64,000 nucleotides of DNA from the human T2T-CHM13v2.0 reference genome, Homo sapiens. The translations under genes and the position numbers were made by a program. The DNA lies in the NCBI RefSeq assembly GCF_009914755.1, contig NC_060933.1; one strand, 5' to 3'. The notes below the pieces were generated by a model. That model made no database searches and had not been told where the DNA came from. It saw nothing but the letters and a program-made list of their open reading frames with translations. This document shows, piece after piece, positions 17,301-37,770 of the stretch (position 1 is the first letter of the stretch; each line of letters starts with the position of its first letter).

Positions 17301-18654
17301 ATTCTTAATTATTCTTAATCTCTGCTTTTGCTAATCGGATTTTGCTTTCCATCTTTCAGTGTACACCGAATCATTGTGTCACTGGCCTTAGTGTGGGGGT
17401 CCTCTTCTGCTATCTCACATTTGTCTGGAATTCCAGCGGGAAGCGTTCACTGGCATCTCTGGTCTTCCTCATGACATCTGTGGGGTTTGCAGGTGTGATG
17501 AATCATTCTTGCCTCAGAGAATTTGAGGCCTCAAACTTTATTGTTCCCCAGTGTTTCTGTCCCACACCTGGTCAACTTACTGAAAATTAAAAAAAAAAAA
17601 GAAAAATGGTTCCTTCTTCAAGATAGATTGCAGAGCCCTTGCTGTGATCTGCAGCCCTCTGGTATTCCTGATGCGTCCTCTTTCCACTGTGGATATTACC
17701 TCTCAGCAAGAGAGTGCTGCCTGCCTACTGCTCATCAAATTACAGGCATCCGCTCTGCATCCGAGCTACATGTTGTTCCTATGTGCCTTTCCACCTCTTT
17801 CTCTATTGACAAACTAAGAGGAAAGCATACAGCTTTAGGGAGACACTTATTCAGGAGGGAATAATTTTCTTTTTTCATGGTGCTAAGTAGATAATACTAG
17901 TTAGCATGTATTGAGTGTTTACTATGGACAATGCACAGATGATGAAACCAAGATAACTGAAACTGCCCAGGTTTTACCACTAATAAACCTTGAAACCTTG
18001 AACCTGGGCAGTCTGACTCAAGAGCCTGTGCTCGTACTCAAGAGTCTGGTTTACAGTTCATGCAGGTTTACAATTCACTCGGGTTTGCAATTCCTGCAGT
18101 TGGGTAAGTGACAGAGAGAAAGACGAACATGTAAATGTAGTGTGGGATATGTTGCTATGGGACCACAGGTGAGGGAGCAGCCGAGCCAGAGAAAAGAAGT
18201 ATTTGTGATAGGCTTTAAAAGAAGAATTGTTTTTGGCTGGTGGGCACAATTGGGAGGGCATTCCAAAGAAACAGCAGCAGCTAACGCAGAGGTGTGGTTG
18301 TATCTGAAGTGATCAAAGGAAAGAGCCTCGGTGAGTTGAAAGTTACATTTGCTACTAAGGTTACTTCTACTTCTCTTGAATCATCTTGGCTCTTTTAAAA
18401 TTACATTTTCTCTTTTTCAGATAGGACATAGACCCTTATCCACAAAATAATTTTTTTTTAATTTTTAAAAATTTCAATAGTTTTTGGGGGACAAGTGGTG
18501 TTTGGTTACATGGTTAAGTTCTTTAGTGGTGATTTCTGAGATTTTGGTGCACCCATCATCCAAGCAGTGTACACTGTACCCCAATGTGTAGTATTTTAGC
18601 CCTTACCGCCCTCTCTCCTTTCCCCCCAAGTCTCCAGAGTCCATTGTATCATTC

Positions 18655-18878
18655 TGTCTATCTATCTGTCTGTCTGTCTGTCTATCTATCTATTTATTTA
18701 TTCATTCAGAGACAGTCTCACTCTGTCACCCAGGCTGGAGTGCAGTGGCGTGATCTTGGCTCACTGCATCCTCTTTCACCGTGTTGGCCAGGCTGGTCTT
18801 GAACTCCTGACTTCAAGTGATCTGCCCGTCTTGGTCTCCCAAAGTGCTAGGATTACAGGCGTGAGCCACCGCGCCTGT
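18655..18878 (-). mobile_element. Alu with an internal deletion and a (TCTA/TCTG)n tail, inserted in the L1
   Basis: TSD ttgtatcattct on both sides; junction ...cactgcatcctct|ttcaccgtgttgg... Confidence 0.85.
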
Positions 18879-20344
18879 TCCGTTGTATCATTCTTATCCC
18901 TTTGCATCCTCATAGTTTAGCTCCTGCTCATAAATGAGAACAAATGGTGTTTGGTTTTCAATTCCTGAGTTACTTCACTTAGAATAATGGTCTCCAGCTC
19001 CATCTAGGTTGCTGCAAATGCCATTATTTCATTCCTTTTTATGGCTGAGTAGTAGTAGTTGTGTGTGTGTGTGTGTGCGCACGCGCACGCTCGCGTGTGT
19101 GTCACATTTTCTTTATCCACTCGTTGATTGATGGGCATTTGGGCTCGTTCCATATTTTTGCAATTGTGAATTGTGCTGCTGTAAACATGCGTGTGCAAGT
19201 GTCTTTTTCATGTAATGACTTCTTTTCCTCTGGGTAGATACACAGTAGTAGGATTGCTGGATCAAATGGTAGGTACTTTTAGTTCTTTAAGAAATCTCCA
19301 TATTGTTTTCTGTAGTGGTTGTACTAGTTTACATTCCCAACAGCAGTGTAAAAGTGTTCCCTTTTCACCACATCCACACCAACATCTATTATTTTTTGAT
19401 TTTTAAATTACGGCCATTCTTGCAGAAGTAAGACGGTATTGCATTGTGGTTTTGATTTGCATTTGCCTGATAATTAGTGATGTTAAGCATTTTTTTGGAT
19501 GTTTGTCAACCATTTGTATATCTTTTAAGAATTGTCTGTTCATGTCCTTAGCCCACTTTTTGATGGGATTGTTTGTTTTGTTCTTGCTGATATGTTTGAG
19601 TTCCTTATAGATTCTGGATATTAGTCCATTGTCGAATGCATAGTTTGTGAAAATTTTCTCCCACTCTGTGAGTTGTCTGTTTACTCTGCTGATTATTTCT
19701 TTTGCTGTGCAGAAGCTTAATTAAGTCCCATCTATTTACCTTTTTGTTGCATTCGCTTTTGGATTCTTGGTCATGAACTCCTTGCCTAAGTCAATGTCTG
19801 TAAGAGTTTTTCTGATGTTATCTTCTAGAATTTTTATGGTTTCAAGTCTTAGATTTAAGTCTTCGATCCATCTTGAGTTGATTTTTGTATAAGGTGAGAG
19901 ATGAGGATCCAGTTTCATTCTTTTACATGTGGCTTGCCAATTATCCCAGCACTATTTGTTGAATAGGGTGTCCTTCCCCCACTTTATGTTTTTTGTTTGC
20001 TTTGTTGAAGATCAGTTGGCTCTAATAATTTGGCTTTATTTCTGGGTTCTCTATTCTTTTCCATTGGTCTGTCTGCCTATTTTTGTACCTGTACCATGGT
20101 GTTTTGGTGACTATAGGCTTGTAGTATAGTTTGAAGTCAGATAACGTGATACCTCCAGATTTGTTCTTTTTGCTTATTCTTGCTTTGACTATGTGGGCTC
20201 TTTTTAGTTTTATATGAATTTTAGGATTGTTTTTTCTAGTTCTGTGAAGAATGATGATGGTATTTTGATGAGAATTGCATTGAATTTGTAAATTGTTTTT
20301 GACAGCATGGTCATTTTCACAATATTGATTCTACCCATCCATGA

Positions 20345-20663
<319 letters not shown>

Positions 20664-21195
20664 TGAGCATGGGATGTATTTCTATTTGTTTGTGTCGTTT
20701 CCATTTGTGTCGTCTATGATTTCTTTCAGCAGTGTTTTGTAGTTTTCCTTGTAGAGGTCTTTTGCCTCCTTGGTTAGGTATATTCCTAAGTTTTTTTTTT
20801 TTTGTTCTTTTTTTTTTTGCAGCTATTATAAAAGGGGTTGTTGTTTATTTGATTCTCAGCTTGGTCGCTGTTGGTGTATAGCAGTGCTACTGATTTGTGT
20901 ACATTGATTTTGTATCCTGAAAGTTTACTGAATTCGTTTATCAGATCTAGGACCTTTTTGGATGAGTCTTTAGGGTTTTTTAGGTACATGATCATAACAT
21001 CGGCAAACAGCGACAGTTTGACTTTCTCTTTATCAGTTTGGACGCGCTTTATTTTTTCTCTTGTCTGTGCCAGCTACACAAATAATTTTGAAAATACATT
21101 TAAACATAATAAGATCTCTCTACAGATGTAAACTGCTTTTCCTAGTGTATAGCACATTATCTCCATTTGTAGACATACTTAATTGAATGCCTCAG

Positions 21196-22620
<1,425 letters not shown>

Positions 22621-23052
22621 TGTTTTTAATTTTTGAGAATCAAGTTGCATAGCCATGAAGGTTAACAGTCGCCCAAAATTTAAATAAAATTATTGCAGGC
22701 CTATAATAAGTTAAATAGCTAAAATTTTAAATAATGACAGATTCAGTTTTTAGTGCTGATAGTGTTCTTTGATTTTGCAAACAAATGAGTATTTCTCAAA
22801 TGGGAAGATGACTTATATGTTCTATGCTGTGAATAGATAGGTTTAGAATTACTTTCAGCACCGTTTTGTCTCCATTACAGTTAATTTTATGGGTGGGAGA
22901 GCAAAATCTAAATGGATGCACTGTCTGAGTACCAGAATGGAATGGAAAATTCCCAGACCATGGAACTGAGAAATGAGAATTAAGCAAGAACATTTGTTCC
23001 CTGGGGGCCTAGGCAGCCATACCCATTCTGTTTCCCTTTTCATTGTACCACC

Positions 23053-23447
23053 TCTCTGCCACCTCTGCCTCCTGGGTTCAAGTGATTCCCCTGCCTCAGC
23101 CTCCTGAGTAGCTGGGATTACAGGCACCTGCCACCCTGCCTGGCTAATTTTTGTGTTTTTAGTAGAGACGGGGTTTTACCATGTTGGCCAGGCTGATCTT
23201 GAGCTCCTGACCTCAAGTGATCTGCTTGCCTCAGCCTCCCAAAGTGAGGAGCCACCACTCCTGGCCAATTTTGTTTTTCATTTTAATTATAAAGTTTTTT
23301 TATGTAACTTTTTTATTTGTATACATTATTAGAGACAGAGTCTTGCTGTGTTGCCCAGGCTGATCTTTAACTCCTGGCTTCAAGCAGTCCTCCTGCCTTG
23401 GCCTCCCAGGGTGTTGGGATTATAGGCCTGAGCCACTACACCCGGCC
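23053..23447 (-). mobile_element. Partial Alu (23053-23266) plus FLAM-type monomer (about 23330-23447)
   Basis: Alu consensus; tcattttaattata duplicated around the monomer. Confidence 0.82.
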
Positions 23448-23616
23448 TCATTTTAATTATATAGTTTTAAAAATCGTATTAAAACCTATTCTGTTTTCCT
23501 TGTTCATTATGGTTCTTAATATAGAAGTATTTTAGAATTCTTTTGACTGTTTTGATACATCTTCCCCCAAACTATCAGAAAAACAAGTTATTTGCCTTTT
23601 AATTTTTTTCTTATAG

Positions 23617-23721
<105 letters not shown>

Positions 23722-23790
23722 TGAATGAGATCTCTCATCTGCAATGTGTTGGAATAGATATTGCTATTGCCATTTTAAAAAGGTTATTTA

Positions 23791-24122
<332 letters not shown>

Positions 24123-25493
24123 CTACAAAACGTTCATTCTTTTTAACAGTCATTCTACTTGAAATATTTTTCTATAGAAACAACAAATGATACTCAGTAA
24201 TTTACATAAAATCATTTATATTGCAGTATAATTTATGATAGTGAAAAATTGGATTCAGCCTAATTATCTAAAGGTACAGGAGTGGCTAAATAAATATGGT
24301 CGCTTTTTTTCTTAACTACAGAATACCCTGTAACCATTGACTAGCATGTTCTCCAATAAATTATTTAATATATTGAATACATATTCTATGTTCTACAAAA
24401 TGTATGAATATATAACTATTTCGCTATAATTATTAGATGTAATATAAAAATTTAATAAGTAAAAAGACAAAAGCATATTGGCTAATAAGAATGTGGAGGT
24501 ACAAAAGTAAATAGATGTAACAAAATATTCGTAGTTATATCTGCAAAACGGGATTAAGGAGAATTTTCCGTAATACTCTTCTGTATATTTCAAATTTTCT
24601 TTTTTAGAAAACATTTGTAATTAGTGTGGATAATTAAAAAGATGAGAGAAATGATGGCAAAGTAATGGGAAAACCTTTTAGCATAGTTTTTTATCCCTAG
24701 ATATTTGGTTTTAAGCCACATATTTTCCACAAGGAGTAGAATGTCATGCACCATGAGAGCATGAAGTGCCCATTAGAAATTTGAAAAATGAATCAGCCAT
24801 GAAATGTTAGATTTCTGAAACACCTACACTTGATTAATGATTAGCTAGCCCTGTATGAAAACAAACCAAGAAATGGTCTATTTGATGTACTTTTCAGTGG
24901 GACAACCTGGGTGTGATATCAGGGACAGGACTATAATATGCTTATAATTTAGTAAGCACAATTCAATAAATTACATTGTGTTATGTGGAGAAAGGCTAAA
25001 AATCCCAACTGGAGGACCCTCAGCTTGCAGCATAGATAGGTATAGGGAGATAGAAGTGAGAAGCTCTCCTCCGCCACTATCTAAGGGGAGAATTCTGTGG
25101 CCTGTGGACTGGAGCACTTGTCTCCATGGGCAGTGGGGCCCCATTAGAGAACTAGCTCACACACCTGGTTCTGATTCATGTTTAACCATATGGTTTGCTT
25201 TCCCACAAGGGAAACAATGGTCTAACCTTACAGTGGGTACATTCTGCTCTGCTCAATGGTTGTATTTCTTTTTGGTAATTAACAAGTTAGCCTTGTAAGA
25301 AAGTGCATGATGCTTAAAGAGAAGCCAAGCTTTTTTTTCCTTTGTAACAATTCTGTGGATTTACTACTTATGCTTTTCTGAGTTCTCTTTCTGCAGAGTT
25401 CAAATTCTTAAATCTGTACAATTTTCTATTTTGATAGCACTTCTCTGTTTCAGGGCCATCCCTGAATATTACCTTGAACCCTATTGAAATGCC

Positions 25494-25790
25494 TTTTTTT
25501 TTTTTTTTTGAGACTAAGTCTCGCTGTGTCACCCATATTGGAGTGCAGTGGCGCGATCTCGGCTCACTGCAACCTCCGCCTCCGGGGTTCAGGCGATTCT
25601 CCTGCCTCAGCCTCCTTGAGTAGCTGGGATTACAGGTGCGTGCCACCACACCTGGCTAATTTTTGTATTTTTAGTAGAGATGGGGTTTCACCATGTTGGT
25701 TAGGCTGGTCTCCAACTCCTGACCTCGTGATCCACCCACCTCGCCCTCCCAGAGTGCTGGGATTACAGGCGTGAGCCACCGCGCCTGGCC
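25494..25790 (-). mobile_element. AluS-type element
   Basis: TSD tgaaatgcctttt on both sides. Confidence 0.92.
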
Positions 25791-25958
25791 TGAAATGCCT
25801 TTTAAAAATTATATGTTGAACTACCTTGTTACCAGAGGCAGTCATTCAAGTCAGCCCTGAACTCAAAGAGGTAATGGGAAAAAGGGAAATAAATCCAGAG
25901 GTTTCTGTTTAGCAAGCATTTTTCATTCCATGATTTGTGTTGAGGCAAAATATACATA

Positions 25959-26501
25959 GAGTCACTTGTTGCTTAACGTGCGTTCTGAGAATTTCATTGT
26001 TAGGCGATTTTGTCATTATATGATCATCATAGAATGTGCTTACACTATGTGTACTTATTACCTAGATGACATCACCTATTACACACCTAGGCGCTTATGG
26101 TGTATAGCCTGTTGCTCCTAGACCACAGTACCATACAGCAAGCTTGTCCAACCCACGGCCTGCAGGCTTCATGTGGCCCAGGACAGCTTTGAATGCAATC
26201 CAACACAAATTCGTAAACTTTCTTAAAACATTCTGAGATTTTTTTGATTTTTTTTTTAAGCTTATCAGCCAGCATTAGTATATTTTATGTGTGGCCCAAG
26301 ACAATTCTTCCTCCAGTGTGGCCCAGGGAAGCAAAAGATTAGACACCCCTGCTGTACAGCATGGTTTTGTACTGACTACTATAGACAATTGTAACACAAA
26401 TCACTAGGCAATAGGAATTCAGCTCTACTGTAATCTTATAGGATCATCGTTGTATATGCAGTCCATCATTGACCAAAATGTCGTTATGTGGCACATGACT
26501 G
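25959..26501. mobile_element. Tigger3-like (TcMar-Tigger) MITE
   Basis: Degenerate terminal inverted repeats (gagtcacttgttgcttaacg / cgttatgtggcacatgactg) flanked by TA. Confidence 0.75.
26139..26351. mobile_element. MER30-like (hAT-Charlie) element nested in the Tigger
   Basis: caagcttgtccaa...ttagacacccctg ends; degenerate 8-bp TSD ccatacag/ctgtacag. Confidence 0.7.
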
Positions 26502-27147
26502 TATTGACATACCATAGCAAAGAAAATTTGGTTTATAACTGATGTGGGATTATTCCTTATGTTTTTATATGTATGATTTTTCCTATCCCCTCTGCAAATT
26601 AATGCAGTCAGAAAAAAATTTCAAAGCTACTTAAAGATTTCTACTGAAAAGCGGAAGCAAATAGACCTGTCGCCCTCTACAGTCAGACCTACTTCCCAGA
26701 GGCAGCTACTGTTGTCTCTGTCTTGTTTTAGTTCTTTTGGGCAGGTTACCTTCCTGATGCTAAATCTTATGCTGTCCCCCTATTTCTTGACAATAGTCTG
26801 AAGAATTAACTGACTCCCATAGACTTCCAGTGAACCTTTTTTTTTTAATTGAATATAATTTACATTCAGAAAAACAGATAAATTCTAAGTAGAAAGCTGA
26901 CTGGCTTTTTCCTGGTTCCTGACTCACACCTCACTCCTGCCCTTTTCTTCCCAGGGCCTCTCTCAGGTTTCACCTAATGTATGCTGTCCTTTGCTACAGG
27001 ACTGGCCTGCCTGTTTCCAGCTGTTTTCTCCACATTCCATTTTATCTTCATTAGGCTTTCATCTCCTTTTTATTTTCTAGTAATTTCTTAATGGTTCTTG
27101 TCCAGTGCTGGTTCTCCATTTTATCATTTTCACTGTTACCATTGTAG

Positions 27148-27444
<297 letters not shown>

Positions 27445-27960
27445 TGAATGCATGAACATTTAGGGAGTCTTAGAGTGGTTCAGATATGGGTTTGCAAGTG
27501 ACTCTGTGTCTCTCACCTGTGTAATCCTGGTCAGGGTCCCACCCACTCTGATCCTTTGTTTCTTTGCCTAAAAAATGAGGATGACAATACCTGCTTCGTG
27601 GGATTGTTGGAGAGTTAAATTAAGTCTGTAAAATATTACACTGATGAAATGGGTGCTGAATATATCACAGCAAGTGATACACCATAGTAACAGTGTCATG
27701 GTTTGATTGAAAATCAGCTGATAGGATTAAGTTGACTGACTTGTTTCTGAAGCCCAGATTTGCCATTCTGCTTGAATGGGGGGACTTTCAGACCCTGGCA
27801 GATTGACAGTTTGCCTTGAGTTTACCAAAATGGTTTTGTGTTTATGCTTTTAGGCCAAATGTATAAATTTTAATTACTTTTTCTACTGAGGCACCATCAT
27901 GTTGTGTTTGAGGTGGAGATGGTATATAATATGATTGTGATCTCACTTCTTTTAGATTAA

Positions 27961-28248
<288 letters not shown>

Positions 28249-28251
28249 TAA

Positions 28252-28392
<141 letters not shown>

Positions 28393-28417
28393 TAACTGGG
28401 CCTGTACATAGTGATAG

Positions 28418-28510
28418 GGTGTGGTGGGGTGTGTGTGTGTGCGCGCGCACATGCACGTGTGCATGTGTGAGCTAGGGTGCTGTGTATGTGTGTGTAAGTG
28501 TGTGTGTGTT
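28418..28510. repeat. (GT)n/(GC)n compound microsatellite
   Basis: Directly visible, starting about 40 nt after the exon 21 donor. Confidence 0.92.
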
Positions 28511-28789
28511 GGTTCTTAATAGGGGATAGAGAAAATGTCTCCAGAATCTGTTGTTAATCTGAATAGTGGAATAAGAACCAGCTTATATATACTTGATGAA
28601 GCAGCAAAGTAGTCGTTTTGGCTTTTACACTGTTTTCTGCAGTCCTCAAGTTTTATGGCACTGATTCACAAGGGTTTGAGATAGGCTGAGCTGGATCCTA
28701 GCCTCTGCTTTAGCCAGAGAAGGTTTACTTTTCTGATTTGTGTTGGGTTTTGAGTAAGTTTGCATCTGGGAAAAAGGCATTTTAAAAAA

Positions 28790-28930
28790 TAAATAAATAA
28801 TAGAAAAAAATAAAAGACGAGGTCTCCCCATGTTGCCCAGGCTGTTCTCAAACTCCTGGGTTCAAGTTATCCTCCTGCCTCAGCCTCCCAGAGTGCTGGG
28901 ATTACAGGTATGAGCCACTGTGCCTTGCCG
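28790..28930 (-). mobile_element. FLAM/Alu monomer
   Basis: Alu left-arm consensus. Confidence 0.8.
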
Positions 28931-29689
28931 AAAAAGGCTTCTTTTATGAAAAAAGAAGAAAAAAATAAGATTAAGCAATGTTGATTAAAAATACTTACTT
29001 AAAAATACTTGCTTAAAGAAGCCATAAATTTTTTTCCCATTACATTACCTAGATAATAACTTCAATTTAAAGAAAAATTTGTGACAATTTTAGGCATAAC
29101 TGCTTTGTTTTAGTATCCATATCCAAATTTTTCTTTGAGATTCTGTTTTCAGTTAAAATTTTTTTATGCCAATAACAAATGCTTTTGGTAATCAGAATAA
29201 CTGAAAGAAATTTAATCTTACTGATTTATTTTTCTGTACTCACATAGAGCTAAATTAGATAAATAATAGTCACAGACAAGTTAATTTTCAAATAAATTTT
29301 TTTTACCTAAAGAATACATTCTCTTGGTAGGTAATTGGGAAAAATATGGAAAGTATAAAGGAGAATAAAAAATATTAGCTGAGTGCGGTGGCATGCACCT
29401 GTAATCTTAGCTCTTCAGGTGGCTGAGGCAGGAGGGTTGCTTGAGCCTGCAGCTGCAGTGAGCTATGGTCATGCCACTGCACTCCAGCCTGAGCAACAGA
29501 ATCTCTAAAAAAAATTAAAAAGTTAAAAAATTACTCTCTCTCAACCCAGATATGGCCTCACTTAGTTATTTTGGTTTAGTTCCAAACTTTTTTCTTTGCA
29601 TATGTAAATCTGATTTATTTTAAAATGAAATTGAGATTATAACAGTTTTGTGTCTTGATTTTTTTCTAATTTAAAATTCATGAGCCCTT

Positions 29690-30385
29690 ACTATTAAACA
29701 AAATAAATGCTGGTGGTGAAGATATGGAAAAAATGGAAGCTTTGTGCACTATTGGTGGGAATGTGAAATGGTAAAGCCACTGTAGAAAACAGTTTGGTGG
29801 TTCCTCAAAAAATTAAAAATGTGATTACTGGATGATCCAGCAATTTCACTTCTGGGTATATACCCCAAATAATTGAAAATAAGGTTTCAAAGAGATACTT
29901 TTGTATCCATGCTCATGACAGCATTATTGGTAATAGCCAAGAGGTGGAAACAGTGTGTCTGTTAATGAATGAATGGATAAACAAAATGTCTGTCTATACA
30001 ATGGAATATTATTCAGTCTTTAAAAAGGAATTTTTGACACATGTTACAATATAAGTGAACCTTGAGGACATTGTGCTAAGTGTCCTCAAATAGACAAATA
30101 CTGTATGATTCCACTTATATGAAGTATCTAGAGACATCAAATTCATAGAGATGGAAACAAGAATAGGGGTTGCCTGAAGGACTGAGGTGGGGGGTCATGG
30201 GGAGTTATTATTTAATGGGTATAGAGTTTCAGTTTTGCACAGGGAAAATAGTTCTGGAGATGGATGGTGGTGATGATTACACAACAATGTGAATGTACTT
30301 AATACCAATGAACTGTGTACTTTAAAACACTTAAGATGGTAAATTTTATGTTACATTTTACCAAATTTTAAAAATTGGAAAAAAG
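29690..30385 (+). mobile_element. L1MB-type 3' end
   Basis: ttggtgggaatgtgaaatgg...gatccagcaatttcacttctgggtatatacccc...ttctggagatggatggtggtgatg. Confidence 0.8.
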
Positions 30386-30809
30386 ATTTAAACTTAAAAT
30401 CTTAACCTTTTCCTCTGCCTTCTGTGTTTAAATATTCTTTGAACACATGCCTTATAAAGACAGCACAATATTTCCTTGTATTAGAAGGCCATAATGCCTG
30501 TTGCTAATCTTGTTGCCAAAATTTTCTCAGAACGTCTTTGTTCACAAATCTTTAGCCCACATCAGATTATATATTTAGATAGAGTCCTTACAAGTGAGAT
30601 TTATGTAATTTACTTATTCATTCATTCAATAAATATGATTGCCTAGTTTGTTCCAATCAGTGGTAAATAAGAGAAACATGGTCTCTGCCCACATGAAGCT
30701 TTTCATTTAAGAGGAGGAATTCAGACATTAAGCAGATAACTGCACATGATACTCATTTAATGTTAGTGGGCATGCTGGGAAGAATAACTCAGCATGTAAA
30801 CACTTTGAA

Positions 30810-33568
<2,759 letters not shown>

Positions 33569-33599
33569 TCTGCTTACATTTAAATTAAATAAAATTGCA

Positions 33600-34100
33600 A
33601 GGCAAGGTGGTGCATGCCTGTAATCCCAGCTGTTTTGAGGAGGCTGAGGCAGGAGGATCACTTGAGCCCAAGAGTTCGAGGCCAGCCTGGGAAAGGAGTG
33701 GTGAGACCCTGTCTCAGATAAATATATAAATTTTAAAAAGAAAAATAAGTAACATTTAAAATTTAGTTTTGCAATCCCAGTAGCCACATTTCAAGTGCTC
33801 AGTAGGCACATGTGACTAATGGCTACTGTAATGGCAAACACGTATAAAGAACATTTCATCATTGCAGAAAGTTCTACAATTCAGAGTAGGGGTTGGCAGA
33901 TTTTTCTGTAAGGGGCCAGCTGGAGAATAGTTGAGGTTTGCAGGTGCTGTGGTTTCCATTGCACCTACCTAACTCTGCTGTTGTAATGGGAAAGCAGCCA
34001 CAGACCATGTGATGAGAGGGGCATGTCTGTGTTTCAGCAAAACTTTATATTTCTGCAAAGAGACAGCTGGTCTATGGTTGTAGTTTTCTGACTCCTGCTC
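33600..34100. mobile_element. Sense Alu monomer, then MER3/MER33-like and MER58-like hAT fragments
   Basis: tagccacatttcaagtgctcagtag...; ggggttggcagatttttctgtaagggg... Confidence 0.6.
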
Positions 34101-34174
34101 TAGAATGTTTTGCCTTTCTTGGTGTTTTACATTTTCATATTAACCTTAAAATTGTCTTGTTAAATTCTACCTCC

Positions 34175-34555
34175 CTGTACCTAGAGTAGTCAAAACTATA
34201 GAGACAGAACTAGAATGGTGGCTGCCGGAAGCTGGAGGAGGGAAAATGGGGAGTTAGTGTTTCATGGGGATGAAGTTTCAGTTCGGGAAGATGAAAACGT
34301 TCTGGAGATAGATGGTAGTCACGGTTATACAACATTAGGAATGTATTTATGCCATGGAACTGTACACTTTAAAATGTGACTGTGGTGCATTTTATGTCAT
34401 GTATATTTTACCACAATAAAAAAATAAATAAATAAAAAAGAAGGGAGGCAGGAGAATCGCTTGAACCCGGGAGGCAGAGGTCGCAGTGAGCCGAGATCAT
34501 GCCGTTGCACTCCAGCTTGGGCAACAAGAGCGAAACTCCGTCTTTAAAAAAAGAA
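34175..34555 (+). mobile_element. L1M 3' end followed by the 3' fragment of a sense Alu
   Basis: L1 tail motif (ttctggagatagatggtag...tttaccacaataaaaa), then gaggcaggagaatcgcttgaacccggg... Confidence 0.7.
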
Positions 34556-35786
34556 AGTTTTGGGGGAGGAATTTTGCCTTCCTCAGCCTTCAAAGGAAAG
34601 TTGAGATTTTGATTGGAATTGTATTGAGTCTCTAGATCAACTTGAGAATTGACATTTGTGCAGTAGTGAACTCTCAGTTCCTGAACTGGGTACATATTTG
34701 TATATTTGGGTGTTCTTTAATTTCTCTTAATGTTTTCTGCGTGGGAGACATGCACATCTTTTGTTAGATTAATTGCTAAAAATTTAATTGCAAAAATTTG
34801 TTGCTCTTATAATGGTAGATTTTTTTTCCTTAAATTTTATGGTTTATGTTGGATGTAGTATCGAGAAATACCATTGATTTATGTGTATTTACTTACAGCC
34901 AACAACCTGGCAGAATTCATTTATTCTAACACGTCTGTAGCTGTTTCTTGGCCTTGTAACTATGGAAACAATGAAATCCTCCATGGATACTAATGGTGAC
35001 GTTTCTGCCTTTCCAGTCCTTTTGTTATTATTATTATCATTATTATTATTATTATTATTATTTTACCTTACTTCACTGGCTAGAACCTCCAGTGCAGCGT
35101 AAAAGTGTCGTGTAGCTCTCCTTGATCTCAAAAGGAGCACTTTCTATAGTTCATCCTAAGATGTGAGGTTTGCTGCATCTACTGAGATGATCATATGACT
35201 TTCTATCCTTTTGTCTCCCCACCCTCCCTGCCCTCAGTCATGTAGCTTTCTACCTTTCCTTATCTGACGTAGAGTGTAAACAGAATAAGATTCTTTAAAT
35301 TTCAGTGGGACGCTCTTTCTAATGCCAGGCAGTTAGCTGCATCCTTGATCACAGCAGAGAGCAGCACCCATTAATGGTGGAGGCAGCACCATTGGCATAG
35401 TGAGCAGTCCATGCCCCATGCTTCTGTGAGTGAGCATGCCCATTGCATCTTTCAGTTGATGGGGTTCCTCCACCGAAGGCAGGTAAATTGCCTCAGAAAG
35501 GTGAAGGAAGGAACTAAGAGTACCTTCATGTTACATAGGACCTTGGAGGTTACATAGTTATTCCAGTGTCTCTTTCTGTCTAGTTCTTGAAGGTGATGTG
35601 ATTATTTGAGTCATCTTTTATTGTTACTATCAGGAACTACAATAGGATTTTGGAGAAATTATGGAGAGAAATTTGGCCCCAAGAAAACATGGGTTTGTAT
35701 TAGTTTCCTATGGATGCCGTAACAAATTATCACAAACCTAGCGGCTTAAAACAGTACCTAGTTGTTATCTCACAGGAAGATTTTCT

Positions 35787-36985
<1,199 letters not shown>

Positions 36986-37240
36986 ATAGCATTGGTTTTT
37001 AGTGGCATTTGTTTATGTTATACTTACATTATGACAATAAAATCTTGCAGAGCCATGTGCACATGGGACACAAAAGTCAATAAATATTTGCAGAGCCATT
37101 TTAAATAACTTGGGGAGGGAAGAAAAAGGGCTAGATTATTTTGTTTGGTTTTTGTTTTTTCCAATATACAGGAAGTATTCACTTGCATTCTGAAATTTAT
37201 GATAGAAAGTTAACATGACATAAAGCCTTACTCTTCGTAG

Positions 37241-37770
<530 letters not shown>

